Assembly (NCBI RefSeq): GCF_006345805.1
Contig: NC_042997.1
Location: forward strand, 69,068,001 to 69,132,000
DNA length: 64,000 bases
Direction: 5' to 3'
Source: Octopus sinensis
Lineage: Eukaryota
The translations under genes and the position numbers were made by a program. Below the pieces are notes generated by a model. That model worked only from the letters and a program-made list of their open reading frames with translations. It was not told the origin of the DNA and searched no databases. Below, one piece after another: positions 13,481 to 26,599 of the stretch; positions within the stretch are counted from its first letter, which is position 1, and the number at the start of each line of letters is the position of its first letter.

Positions 13481-13874
13481 AATACTGACTCTTCAAAGAA
13501 TACTTCAAAATTAACTAAAAGAGCAGTTACTGTTTATATCTCGCTCAGAGATTTGTTATTATTTTCGAACGGATTTTCTACGCTAGTGACTGTGGTTACT
13601 GTGAAAATCTATATATCCAGCCTGTAGAGAGAGTCTCTCAACGAAGAGCGGTGCTTACCATACGTTGACAAGAGGCAATAACCTCGAAACCGGTCCGTGT
13701 GTAGTATCCGTATCTTCGGGGAGGCTGATCTCCCTTTGCAAGCTGGCAAGGACACCGAGATGGTGTCAGCTCTTCTGGTGACGTTGATGTTCGCTTGGGG
13801 CTAAATGCATCAGTAACACCCCCACCACCCCGTCCCGACCCTAGCCACATTCAGATGGCTGATCCCCCTTATGT

Positions 13875-14972
13875 TAAACTAAAAGTTAGTTTTCTTGAAA
13901 ATGAGCAAAATTCGGCATCGTAGTGCTACCAAGTACCGACAGAAAAAGGTTTTAGCTCACAATGACATGGTTGCTACATTAGATGATGACGCTCTAGCTT
14001 TATCAAAAGTGCAAACGTGGTCAGCTTAATATAGGATGGCAAGAGTATATTGAAGATGACGCAACGTCTGGACGTCCTGCAACTGTCACCATTGAGGAAA
14101 ATATTGATCATGTTCACCACATGTGATAGATGACAGGTGATTGACTATAAATCAAATAACTAATGCTATAAGCATATACCGTGAAGCACTTGAAATTATT
14201 CTGCACAATGCACTTGGTATGACAGAGGTTTCTCTGCTCTTTGGGTACTCGGTTTTCTGACACCTCATCAAAAGCGCACTAGGTTGATCACATTACGGGA
14301 AAACCTAACATTGTTTGAGGTAGCTCCAAGTAGTTTCCTTGAACGTTCCCTAACCCTGAATGAGCGCTAGGTTTCGCACTTTGAACCAGAGACGAAGAGA
14401 TAATTCATGCAGTGGAAACACCCCTCCTCGTGTGTTCCAAAAAGGCCAAGGTCGTCTGCCGGGAAGGTGATGGCCTCGGTATTTTGGGATGTAAAATGCA
14501 TTGTTTTTATTAACTATCTTCAAAACGGCCACATCATGAATATAGAGTATTATGTCAACTTGCTGAAGCAGATACGAAAGGGAAACTGACGAAAAGTGTC
14601 TTGTTTAATCAGGATAATAGTCCAGCAGACAAAACTTTGGTTTCAAATGGCGACTGTGCACGGCTGCGGCATTGAACTGGTCGATCACCAACTCTATTCT
14701 CCTCATTTGGCCCCATCTGACTATTATTTGTTCTCAATCATGAAAAACGGCTTGGCTGGGAACTAGTATCGCAGTGATAATGATATAACACCTGCTGTTG
14801 ACATTTTTGACGAACATGATGAAAGCTTCTTCGCGAATGGGTTCCAAGCATTGCAACAGCGATGAGAAAAGTATGGGAACCTCAAGATGACTATGTTAAA
14901 AATTAACCTCATTTTGTCACATTCTATGAACGTACCATGGTCAGCCTATGGACTTTTCAACCGAACCTCGTA
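13875..14972 (+). mobile_element. mariner (DD34D) relic lacking its left TIR
   Basis: MSKIRHRS..KY, IEDDATSGRPAT, QWKHPSS..AGKVMASVFWD, HQLYSPHLAPSDYYLF. Right TIR ends ...aaccgaacctcgTA at 14972. Confidence 0.85.
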
Positions 14973-15079
14973 TATTTTATCGATAAACAAACCTTATTTT
15001 TTTAAGTTTGTGGAGAAATTCTAATTGATATACTTTGAAAAATGTATATACATTACCTATGACCATGCGTAAATATATT

Positions 15080-15332
15080 CTCTTTTACTCTCTTTTACTT
15101 GTTTCAGTCATTTGACTGCGGCAATGCAACGGCCTTTAGTCGAGAAAATCGACCCCAGGACTTATTCTTTGTAAGTCTAGTACTTATTCCATCGGTCTCT
15201 TTGACCGAACCGCTAAGTTACGGGACACACCAGCATCGGATGTCAAGCGATGCTGGGGGGACAAACACAGGCACACATACACACATACGCACACACACGC
15301 ACGCACACACACACACACACACACACACCCAC

Positions 15333-15370
<38 letters not shown>

Positions 15371-15746
15371 GTGTGTGTGTGTGTGTGGAGGTGCAATGGC
15401 CAAGTGGTTAGGGCAGCGGACTCGCGGTTTCGATTCTCTGACCGGGCGTTGTGAGTGCTTATTGAGCGAAAACACCTAAAAGCTCCACGAGGCTCCGGCA
15501 GGGGGTGGTGATCCCTGCTGTACTCTTTCACCACTCTTTCTCTCACTCTTTCTTCTGCTGGCCTGATCGCTTAGCCAGCGGGGTGGCGTCATTCGAAGGC
15601 TAAAAAACAATGCGAACGCATTGTGACCAGCGATGTGTAGCAACATCTGATGGTCTGGTCGGTCACGTGATGTGTGTGTGTGTGTATATATTTTTGTGTG
15701 TCTGTGTTCCCCCCCCCCAACATCGCTTGACAACCGATGCTGGTGT

Positions 15747-15792
<46 letters not shown>

Positions 15793-15930
15793 TACGACGA
15801 GCTTCTTTCAGTTTCCGTCTACCAAATCCACTCACAATGCTTTGGTCGGCCCGAGGTGCCATGCAGTGAGAGTGAACCAGGAACCATGTGGTTGGTAACC
15901 AAGTTACTTACCACACGGCCACTCCTACGC
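15080..15930 (-). mobile_element. SINE family A split by a nested SINE B and an inverted SINE A piece
   Basis: 3' half at 15080-15280 and 5' half at 15793-15930, both minus. The internal microsatellite holds SINE B. Confidence 0.85.
15385..15670 (+). mobile_element. SINE family B nested in SINE A
   Basis: GTGGAGGTGCAATGGCCAAGTGGTTAGGGC..GGTTTCGATTC..GGTCACGTGA, co-linear with the reverse complement of 6800-7104. Confidence 0.9.
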
Positions 15931-16227
15931 CTATTTATATATGTATGTGAATGCTATAAGTATGTATGTTTTTGAAGACTATCAATGTCGACGGTTCAAA
16001 TCATAAAAATCACAAAGGAATTTAAGATATATTTCTTGTAAGTCTAAAATCCAGTATAAGAATATAGTTGATTGCATGGACCTCTGTACATGTATGTATA
16101 TGAATGCTGGTATGTATATGAATGCTGAAACGTATTTATTAAATATTAACTCTTCCATTTTAAAAAAGTTGAGAAATCCAAATAAGCACGGCTGTCAGAA
16201 TTGTGGAAGTCTATCAATTACGTGTGT

Positions 16228-16308
<81 letters not shown>

Positions 16309-16402
16309 GGAACATATATATGTATGCATATGTATATATAAAATATATGTATGTATGTGTATAATTATATATATAATATGGGTGTGTGCGTGCATATATA
16401 TA

Positions 16403-16490
<88 letters not shown>

Positions 16491-16512
16491 TGCATGTATG
16501 TATGTATGTATG

Positions 16513-16544
<32 letters not shown>

Positions 16545-16589
16545 TGTATGTATGTATGTATGTATGTATGTATGTATGTATGTATTTAT

Positions 16590-16940
16590 GTATATATCTC
16601 CGGTCGGTTAAACTGCCCGATCTAAGGCAGCTTTTCCACGCCAGATATCACGATCCTCCAGATCCTTCCAGAAGTTGATCGATAAATGAAATTCTTCTTA
16701 AGCGAATACATGTTTGTTAACGTGTGGGTTTCCAACGATGGAGATCATTTCATATTTCATTCTTGCTTCTCCATCAGTGCCTTGTTTAACGAGTTTCTTC
16801 GCTGATTACCCAGATGATGGTAGGAAGACTACGAAACAGTAATTGCTTTGTAGATTGTTGCTGCCCAGAAATAATGACAACTGCACGAACATTTCTTAAG
16901 CATTACCGTCAACGTTCTTTTCAAGTCTTTTGTTTGATGC
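16590..16940 (-). mobile_element. Probable R4/Dong-like LINE fragment
   Basis: Degenerate minus-strand [18 protein letters not shown] resembles the region between RT and the zinc knuckle. Confidence 0.35.
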
Positions 16941-16956
16941 CCACGCCAGAGAGGAG

Positions 16957-17042
<86 letters not shown>

Positions 17043-17049
17043 GGGAATA

Positions 17050-17640
17050 ATACCAGCTTGCTGATAGACATTGCAGTCCCTTCTGATCAAAATATTGTCA
17101 AAAAAGAAGTGGAGAAATTGTCAAAGTACAAAAACCTCGAAAAGGAAGTATTTAAAGTGTTGAGCATGAAGGTAATAACAATACCAACAATATACGGAGC
17201 ATTAGGCATGATAAAAAATATATGAACAAAAACGTAGAAGCTATTCCTGGATTTTCAACACTATACTCTGTTCAAATATAGCCCTGCTAGGTACAGCCCG
17301 CATCCTACGCAAGGCACTATTAATCTAATAATACAACCTAAACAAAACAACCCACAAATACAAGACACACCGTATACAGCCTTTACCTAGTGAAATAAAC
17401 TTCCACCAGCAAGCTAGGACACCAAAGCATTACACACTCAACACACAGTACAAGGAGTAACATAACAAAAGACTGCATCATACCTCAAGGGAAAAAAATA
17501 ATGCAGTACAATACCGGGAAGAGTTTGCACACTCCCAACAGCCGAAAAGAACACACAATGCTGCGCATACCCCAGCAACATAGAGGTCTAGCAGGTGATA
17601 CAGTAGAAATTTGCCTCAATCTACCAAATATTGAAGAGTT
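17050..17640 (+). mobile_element. R4/Dong-like LINE 3' end (restriction-like endonuclease plus 3' UTR)
   Basis: LLIDIAVPSDQNIVKKEVEKLSKYKNL..IPTIYGALGM..ALLGTARILRKAL, followed by (AAT)n. Confidence 0.8.
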
Positions 17641-17642
17641 AC

Positions 17643-17685
<43 letters not shown>

Positions 17686-17769
17686 TAATAATAATAATAA
17701 TATAATAATAATAATAATAATAATAATAAAACAACAACAACGACAACAAAATAATAATAGCCTTTACTG

Positions 17770-18990
17770 TAATAATATCACAGAGAAGAAGAGCAGAAGA
17801 GATGCTGCAAGAGCTCATGCGGCTGTAAAAATCAGTTACTGATCAATAAAGCCATAACTGAATGGTCTAAGTATGGCCTGGCTCGATTGCCGAAAGGCTT
17901 TTGATAGTATTCCCCATACATGGATCCTAGAAACATTAGCCATGAACAAGGTAGCACCAGTAATCATAAAATATATAACAAATTCCATAAATAAATGGCA
18001 GACAGTGCTACAACTTCAGACGAAGTAAGACTCATAAAAGCCAAAGCCATCACCATTAGAAGAGGAATATTCCAAGGAGATACGCTCTCTCTCCATTGCT
18101 TTTCTGCTTGGCACTGACACTTTTATCTGACATGCTAAGCAGAACTGGACGTGGATACAACTATTACGGTAAAACAATCAGCCATCTCTTGTATATGGAT
18201 GATCTAAATCTGTACGCTACAAATGATAAACGACTGGAAACATTACAACAAAGAGTACATGGATTTACTAAAGAAATAAACATGAAATTTAGCTTAGAAA
18301 AATGTGCCAAAGCAACCTTGGAAATGGGAAATCTAGTTAAGAGTAGCAGCATCACACTAGATAAAGCAAATGAAATGAGAGCGTAAAACTAAAGCCAAAC
18401 ATACAAATACTTAGGAATCAATGAACTAGATACGATATAACACACACAAATGAAGGAAAAGATAAGTAAGGAATACTAAAGACGAGTTAGATTAATACTG
18501 AAAACAGAGCTGAATGCGAAAAATTATAAGTTACAGCTACAATATTCTTAACTGGACTCTAAATGAACTAATCAAAATAGACAGGAAAACAAGAAAAATA
18601 ATGACAGAATTTAGAATGCACCGCTCAAGATCTGACATAGAAAGGTTATATATACAGCATATAGAAGGTGGTAGAGGCGTTATACAGCTAAAAACTATTA
18701 CAAAATAACTGCTATAGGACCACAAAAATACCTACTTCAGAAACAAGGAAAACTAATAAATATAGCCACAAAACAAAAGCAAAAAAATAAAAGCTGAGAA
18801 ATACAGAAAAGAAACAATTCCTATCAAAGTAGGCCCATTAGCTATGATAAAAACATATTCAGACATACATAACACAAACACCAGGACTAACAAGTATATA
18901 TAACAAGCAGAAAATAGTACTACAAGGCACCACACACATCCTACTTAAAACACTTTCAATACAGTGAAAATAGGAGCACAACAAACCACA
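17770..18990 (+). pseudogene. R4/Dong-like LINE reverse transcriptase fragment
   Basis: SMAWLDCRKAFDSIPH, RRGIFQGDTLS, ISHLLYMDDLNLYA, KFSLEKCAK, RMHRSRSDIERLYI..GGRG. Contains stops. Confidence 0.9.
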
Positions 18991-20066
18991 GCACATACGC
19001 AAGGCATGCCGAGCTGCGCTCGGTAGTGCAGTGAAAGCGCTTGATAAAAATACGGCTATTAAATAATCATAATAACTCTGTTGATGATAATGATGATGAG
19101 AAGGAGGAGGAAGAGGGGGAGGGCAGCAGCAGCAAGAAAAAGAGGAAGGAGAACAAGAAGAAGAATGTAGCGACAAAACGGGGATGAGAATAATAATAAA
19201 AACAAATCACCAAGAAAACATGCGGTAAGTTGGGCATTGTAATAAATGGGTGCATCGTCGAGGAGATAGATGTGGTAAACTTTAAAATTTTACTGTAAGC
19301 CCGCAATAAAATTCTCAGATCCAGCAAAAGACAGTGTACTATTGAGATAAACCAACAGTCTGTCTGTTATCTTCTTCACTGAAGCTTGATAAAATCGTTT
19401 CATAAAGCACAGACTACAAAAAGTGATAGCAGTGGCATTGTACCATCTATGCTAATGTTCTAGGTATAAAGAGGTCAGTAAAAAGGAAGGGATAGAAAAG
19501 GATTAATAAAAGAATTTAACAAAGACGAGTGAATAAATCAATTGACGTGGGAAGCAGTAAACATAGTAAGAAAACAACCGGCAAATCCGTAGGTTAACTA
19601 GTTAAGTTAAACTCATGCATTGGAACGTAGAGTTTTTAATTCAATTGCCGAGAAGAAAAAAAGCTGGAGAGGAGGATAAAGATCGGCGATACATAGATTA
19701 CCAAATGTTCATATGTCTGTTATATTAGCTCAAATGATAAAACAAATTTGACAAATGTGGAACGAAAGTTACATAACGATACTATTGAGATGTAGATGCT
19801 GAAGGGTTTTTTATGCACTAAGACTTAGTTAGAAAAGAAATGGATAAAATTTTCATCATAAATCATCAGTTATGGATGAAGTGCAGTAAGATGACACGAA
19901 ACAAAGAGACTGCAGATCATAGGGTTAATTCCAGGTTATATGAAACAATTCCAAGGTAAGATAGCAATTAATGCTTCGTGCAGCGGACCTGACAGACCAG
20001 TACATATTAGGTTTTATGTATGAAAATGTGAAAACAGTTAAGTTCAGAGAAATATAAAAACTCATT

Positions 20067-20116
20067 TAGGTTCCGAGAGAGGTGAATTATTTCTGATTCA
20101 CCTCTCTCGGAACCTA
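20067..20116. repeat. Perfect 21-bp hairpin with 8-nt loop
   Basis: taggttccgagagaggtgaat-tatttctg-attcacctctctcggaaccta. Confidence 0.95.
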
Positions 20117-20364
20117 CTTCTCGCGTGTGCCGAAGTCTGTTATGGACCGCATATTTAATACAATAAGTTTTTCTGAATTAGCCCCAAGGGGAGATAATGT
20201 ACTCAATTGGGTTCAATAAAATATATACATAACCTGAATATCTTTCTGCCTGTAATTCCTTACCAATGTTTGTATTCGTCTATTGTTTCTTTGACCCGAC
20301 CCGGTGCCTTACCATTTAAGCGCCTTATTTACCTGAATCTTAATATACCACATGTTCTTTTATT

Positions 20365-20545
20365 GTTTTACTTTTATCAACCATTTGATTGCGGCCATGC
20401 AGGACCATCACCTCTAGTCGAGCAAATCGACTCCAGCACTTATTCTTTGTAAGCCTAGTATTTATTTTATCGGTCTCATTTGCTAATTACGGGTCTGTAC
20501 ACACACCAGCATGCGACAGTCAGGGAAAGAAAGACAGTCGCACAC
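20365..20545 (-). mobile_element. SINE family A, 3' half
   Basis: catttgattgcggccatgc..tagtcgagcaaatcgac..acttattctttgtaagcctagta, ending at (CA)/(TA)n. Confidence 0.75.
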
Positions 20546-20557
20546 AAATATATATAT

Positions 20558-20601
<44 letters not shown>

Positions 20602-20629
20602 AGTAATTGAATGAATTATCTTATTAAGG

Positions 20630-21450
20630 ATAATTCGAAAGATAACCGATACCTGGGTAGCAAATTCACATCAGGAAGAACACGGTTAAAGCTACGTCTT
20701 TAGGGCATAGACTACGTGTCTTCGTGCGGAAATCTGTATGTCTATTTTAAAATTATAAGTATATGAAAGAATGGAGTTGAACGACTAGTTAACAAATATC
20801 CTTTATTCTCGACATATGTTTCGAAGGCTGCATATTCCTAATTCCGAAGGAATAAGGAGTACATTATGCAGATTTCTCATCAGGAAAATCAATGAACTTA
20901 TATCGACATCAAAATGCACAAAACACTTTTAGCTGACCGCTCTCAAGGAGTCCATGGCGATAATGAGTGTCTCTTTATAATGAGTGACGTCAGAGTGGCT
21001 GAATGTAGAAGAATCTAGAAGTTTCTAAAGGTTCAAGAGTTCAAACGAAGTAGGAGGAGGGATGCATAAGAATAGTAAGCTGAGAGAGTGCAGGTCAAAA
21101 GAATGGTGGGTTTTAAATGATTTCTTTTGTGAATGAGTGCCTGTGTGTGTGACTGTATATAACTGTCTTAATGTGTGTATGTGTGTGTCTGAATGCGTGA
21201 TTGTGTTTGTGGATGGGTAGATGTCAGAAAACTGACAGCTGTGAGGTGAAAGGTCTGTGTCTGTGTGTTCGATTATGTTTACTGTAGAGAAAGGAAAGTA
21301 GATAGCGAAAGGGAGAAAGAATCGGGCGATGTGAGAGGCAACGCAAGAATGGATAGTAGTAATTGGGAATATAAGAAAATCTTTTTGACTATTGGGGTGA
21401 AATATAGTAAAAAATTTTTGGGGGAAATCGAGGGGTTATCTATATTAGTC
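20630..21450 (-). mobile_element. Penelope-like element 3' remnant
   Basis: Minus strand FV*TLEPL (GIY-YIG C-terminus-like) upstream of an intact hammerhead and a second degenerate CUGAUG motif near 20680. Confidence 0.55.
20805..20889 (-). ncRNA. Type I hammerhead ribozyme, canonical core
   Basis: Minus strand: auuuuc CUGAUGA gaaaucugcaua..cUUCGg..uaugcagccuuc GAA ACAUAUGU C gagaau. GUC triplet; predicted cut between 20811 and 20810. Confidence 0.85.
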
Positions 21451-21589
21451 ACTATTTATATGAGTGAAAGGTGTGTCTTTTCCAGTGTAAACACCTGTAG
21501 GATCTTTCGACGATTGTGCTTATTAAAGGCCCCATTGCAAAAGAGAACACATACAAACACCTTACTTAAATAGTGGCCAAAATATATGA

Positions 21590-21720
21590 GAAATCGCCAA
21601 AATTTGGCCACTGATCTAACAAAGTTGATGTGTATCAGATTTCTATACCGCATGGTGATACCATTCAACACCGGCCAGACAGAGCGACAGCTCAAAGATA
21701 CTGGCAAGAAAAAGGCGACC
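21590..21720 (+). pseudogene. GIY-YIG endonuclease fragment (Penelope-like)
   Basis: VYQISIPHGD then, after a frameshift, TGQTERQLKD; compare the family pattern VYKISC..YIGQTGRQLK. Confidence 0.55.
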
Positions 21721-21988
21721 TAGTTCCGTATAATTATCAGTGTCCAAATTATTCCTATTTCCTTCCTTTTTATCTTCTTTTCTTCTCTTCCTTTCCTTTG
21801 GCACTTGATTTGTTGGACTCTAACAACGATAAGGTTGTAACGGTCGTTCACAGTTTTTTCAATCGATCAATGGATCGAGTGATTAAATTGAACCATGACC
21901 TCACCCAAAATAATATCTGATGCCGCTGTAAGTCTATAATGCATGAATAAAAGTATAGAGCCCATTATATAAAGTATAAATCTCATAT

Positions 21989-22384
21989 ATTCAGGGTGTC
22001 CAAAAAGATTTGATATAATTTGAGATGTCCATATCGGAATGACTACATGTCTAAGAAAAATTAAACTTAATAGGGTTAATGTTGAACATAACAAGCTTTA
22101 TCCTATAGATTTCCAACGAAAAATACAGTGAGATGGTAATTTTTTAATGTCCAAAATTTATCACGGTTCTCTGAGATGGTGTAGAACACATCCAATTTTG
22201 GTGAATCCTTTTCTTGTTCAACTATGTCCTATGAATTTTCTTCGCCACAAATGCGAACATTTTATTTGTTCACTTTGCCATTCGTATGGAGTATGGCTTC
22301 GTCGCTGAAAATAGGACGGTTTTCAAAGTTGTCATCTTCAAGTTTCTCTTGCATATCTTCACAGAATGTTTTACACTTTTGTTT
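21989..22384 (-). mobile_element. Tc1/mariner (maT-like) fragment with 3' TIR
   Basis: IFSDEAILHTNGKVNK..VRIW..DSPKLDV, terminus ..GGACACCCTGAATA on the minus strand. Confidence 0.7.
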
Positions 22385-23260
22385 GACATTTTTGTACATG
22401 ATATTTTTGGTTTTTCCTTCTGGAGCATAGATGAATAAGTTGTCTCGATGGCCAACTCTGGAACTATCGACGTAGAACTGTCCATGTGAAAAGCATGACT
22501 TTCGAAAGTCCAATCCGACAACTTTCAGCGATTGAACTTGTGCTTTGTTGATTGTCATAGCGAAGCTGAGTTTGAGAGGGAACTGAAGTCTTCGCATACG
22601 ATAGAAGTAGTGTGTTGAGGTTAGCAGAATTTCCAGAATAAAATCGGTATTGTTTTTGCCATGTCCCATGATGATTTGGGCTTGAATGACATGATCCATC
22701 ATTTGTTTGACCACAAGACGATTTCCATTGCATAGTGTGGGTGCGTTTAGATTGCGTAGCAGAATGACAGGGCACCCGACTTTTAAGTGAAGTTCATGGG
22801 GAGGGAGTCCTGGGGGATGTTGGGAGCTGAGAAATTCTGTTGGAAAGCGTGTAACCTGATCGAGGTCATTGACAGTGTCAACTTATCTGTAACAACGTTC
22901 TTGGGAAGGTAGCTTACTGAGTAAGTCGTAGTTAAGAGTGGTGACAACTGCATTTGTAGGTGCAAGAACATCCCTTTGCTAACGTACAAATATCGGTAGT
23001 TTGCAGTGAATAGGCATTGTGAAGACTGTATAATTGTCCCAACTTTGTATGATTAAAAGCAGGAATATATATAATATGGATTAATTTTTGAAGGCATTTT
23101 AAAATCATTAAAAGTTGATTTAAATTGTATGGCCATCTCAAGGAAGTGCTAATGTGCAAATATCGACGGTTTGCAGTGAATGGGCATTGTAAAAACTGTA
23201 GTAGAAGACGAAGTGAAAGTAGCATAACTTCGTCGCCAAGCAACGATCGTTAGTATTTGT
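22385..23260 (-). mobile_element. Helitron PIF1-helicase C-terminal fragment
   Basis: PPHELHLKVGCPVILLRNLNAPTLCNG, RRLQFPLKLSFAMTINKAQ.QSL..GLD..FSHGQFYV..SRVG..KTKNIMYKNV. Confidence 0.9.
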
Positions 23261-25489
23261 TATTTACCTATGAAATGTTGGTTTCGTCCCCTAGGGGCAG
23301 CATTACACAATAAGTGGAAAATTGGAAGAAATATACTTAAGTAATGTATATTCCCAGCGTGAACGAAATCATAGGGAAAATATTGATTTTAAGGGGGTCA
23401 AGAAAAAATGGCCTGTACATAACATATATACAGAGAAGGAGAGAGACAGAGAGAGGGGGTGTTCTGAACGTGGGCGTTACCGCACCCCAAGTGTTCGCAG
23501 TGCATGTCGGAGGAAGCGTTAGGCTTTAGGGCGCAGTGATAGTGTTGGTAAGTTAACATAATATATTAAATTACACCTACAATAGTAATTAGATTATACA
23601 TGTTAATAATGGCTATCAAAATAACTACAAAACAATCAAAAAGGAAAAGTAATCCTTTTGATGATAAACTGCACTGTAATATATCTCCTGGTACATGAAC
23701 AGGATGTTCCCCGAAATACGTGAATTCTCAGGTGTCCACTAATTGCACTATTAGTGGTTCATTTCGCCATTTAATTTAAATGTAACCACATAAGTAAAAA
23801 CAAAAGTTTTTGTGGGGGAAAGTATGAATCTTCTTCACAGCTTGCCAAGTACCACGAATATAACTCCCAACATTGGTCGGGGTCATCTTTGCTGAGAGCA
23901 TAAACTCTTGGAATGTAACATTTGCAATGTCAGCTCTGAAAAATACACAATGGATGCATGATTTTAAAATTTATATCTCACGACACGGCGGCGCACAGGG
24001 TATACCTAAATATTTTGGCATACATGGGTCGTACCTTTCTTGGTTTGTGAATCTTCCGAAACTTTTGAGCAGATCCAACTGCTTTCAATTAATCTGTAAA
24101 TCGAGTGATAGTAAGTAGCATTGGTGGATCTATTAGAACTCCATCTTAAATTATCTCTACACTTCCGTGTATGTATGTATGTATGTATGTATGTATGTAT
24201 GTATGTATGTATGTATGTATGTATGTATGTATGTATGTATGCATGTATGCATGCATATATATATATATATATATATATAGCATGAATGTACACATATTTC
24301 TACATACATATACATGACCCTGTACTATACACACATTTAGTCGTGAAAATTAGCCTTCAACAAGCATTGAATTATTTCATTTTCTTTGCATTTACAATTC
24401 AGATACTGAATTAAATTTATTTTTCGATTCATATATTTTTACACTTCTGAATGATTTGATATTTTGACGAGATCTATTTTCATACTATATCATGTGTGAT
24501 TTTCTGCCTACAGTCAAATTTATTACTCCATTATGGATTGCGAGTATATATGACACTTCGTTTTTCAAAATTTGCATTGTATCAGCATATGTGCACTTGC
24601 TAGAGTTAATAACCCCCACTAAGAGTATTACTTGCATTTCAGACATACATACATACATACATACATACATACATACATACATACATACATACATACATAC
24701 ATACACACATTCATACATATATGTGTGCAAGTATATATGTATATTTGTGAGTATACGTGTACTTATTTATTTTATTGTGAATTGACTGCTTAAAATATTT
24801 GCACTTGTATACTACGTAAAAGTATAACATGTACTATGGTTTCATAATAATATAAGCAATAAAAATAATGCAAACAATAATAATGACAATTATAAAAATA
24901 TGTGGTGTATATGCATGTATATAAAAAATATACACAGACACACAGACACAAGCAGACACACGCACACATAGACGCACACATATACACACCCACATTTATG
25001 CATGCATAGGTATGTATGAATGTGTATATCTGTATGTACATATTGTTTGTAGACGGACAAACTAGTAAAAAACATATGAACTTGTAATATCGCAGAAACT
25101 GGAGCCGTAATAAAATGCATCATTGTTAATATATTCTAATTGAATATAATATAATATATAATATATTTACCATACTTACCATGTTTACCAAAGAACTTGG
25201 TTTGCTTTGTCTACTCTTGTTACAGTATTACAGCGCCTTCCTTATTACTGTTCAGTTTTTATGTTGATATGCATATATACTTGCATAGTTTCATGCTTAT
25301 ATACATACATACATACATACATACATACATACATACATACATACATACATACATACATACATACATACATACATACATACATACATACATACCCACACAC
25401 ACACACATATATATATATATACATACATTCATATGTATATATACATACCTATCTATCTATCTATATGTATATATATATATATATATTCA

Positions 25490-25672
25490 CAAAAAACAAC
25501 AACAGCAAAAGACGAAGACAGGTAATGTAGAAAACAAACAGATGTATTAGTATAACGCTCGGGAATTGAAAAAGTCTTTAACGTTTCGAGCCTACGCTCT
25601 TCCACAGAGAGGAGCACAGAAAGAAACAAGGAGAGAAACTAAAGAATGTATAGTGGCTAGCGATACAGTTAT
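25490..25672 (-). mobile_element. Hammerhead-bearing dispersed repeat, copy 2 (motif 25575-25612)
   Basis: CCUCU CUGUGGA A GAGC-GUAG-GCUC GAA ACGU U AAAGA. Flanks match copies 1, 3 and 4. Confidence 0.8.
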
Positions 25673-25809
25673 TATTATTCAAATGTCTCATTATTCTTCC
25701 ATACTTTCATTGCAGTTTAAACCACAGATCAGTAGACCTTGGCAATGTACAATGACATGTTTAGATTTTGTATTTATAATCAAATGATCTACATAATCTA
25801 CTCGCTGGT

Positions 25810-26300
25810 CTATTTTTGTTAACGTCCCAAAACCTGTGCCCAGGCAATCTAACCAAATCGAGGCTACAGACTCTAGATATACTCTATCGCACAGAAGTGC
25901 TCCCGCGCCGAACAGGCCTAGATGTGAACAAAGCGACGAATTCCAACTCTGTGCACTCGTGCATTGTTCGATTATTGTTGATTTGTGGAATTATGCTTAG
26001 CAGTTGGTTTCCTTTCTGTAATGATTCCGGTTATTACCTGAGTTTGTAGCGGATGTAGCTTCAATGTATGCATTTAACAATTCCGGACAGGCAATGTTTC
26101 TCAGTCTACTGGCTATGATGAATGAGGTTGTGTGGTGGATGATTCTTAAAGGATTGATGCCAGATATTATCTTCTTTGTTCAAGCCCACATCGACATTTT
26201 CAAGTACCACTTAGAAAAGAAAGTTAGAATAGAGACAGGCGAATTTCTCAAACGGTAAAGGACTGTTTTAAAAATGGTTAGAGTGAATGGAACTTATATA
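25810..26300 (+). mobile_element. L1/Tx1-like LINE ORF2 C-terminal fragment
   Basis: RPRCEQSDEFQLCALVHC (degenerate Cys/His knuckle) and AMFLSLLAMMNEVVWWMILKGL..FKYHLEKKVRIE..FLKR. Confidence 0.65.
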
Positions 26301-26599
26301 AATAGACATCTTTAAATTAGAGAACAGGAGTTAATCAAGATGTGGTATCCTTCGTTGTCAGAGTGAATCTAGAACTGGTGATGGTAGTAGTAGGGGTGGC
26401 GGTAGAGGTGTCCTTGGTTGGTCCTAATTGGAGACTACTCCATTCTGAGAACAACGTTATGCATGTATTCACACATGGAATCGCTTTTGCTAATTCCCAT
26501 AATTTGATTGGTATCATTGTTTATCATATCAGATTTTGTATGAGTTGTCTGCCTCATTCAGTACATCTTTTCGATACCCCTCTTCAATGCTCTTTTCCT

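Noticed and set aside
19870-19955. Possible exon LWMKCSKMTRNKETADHRVNSRLYETIP ending at AG/GTAAGA
   Set aside because: Weak acceptor, no homology recognised, no partner exon found.
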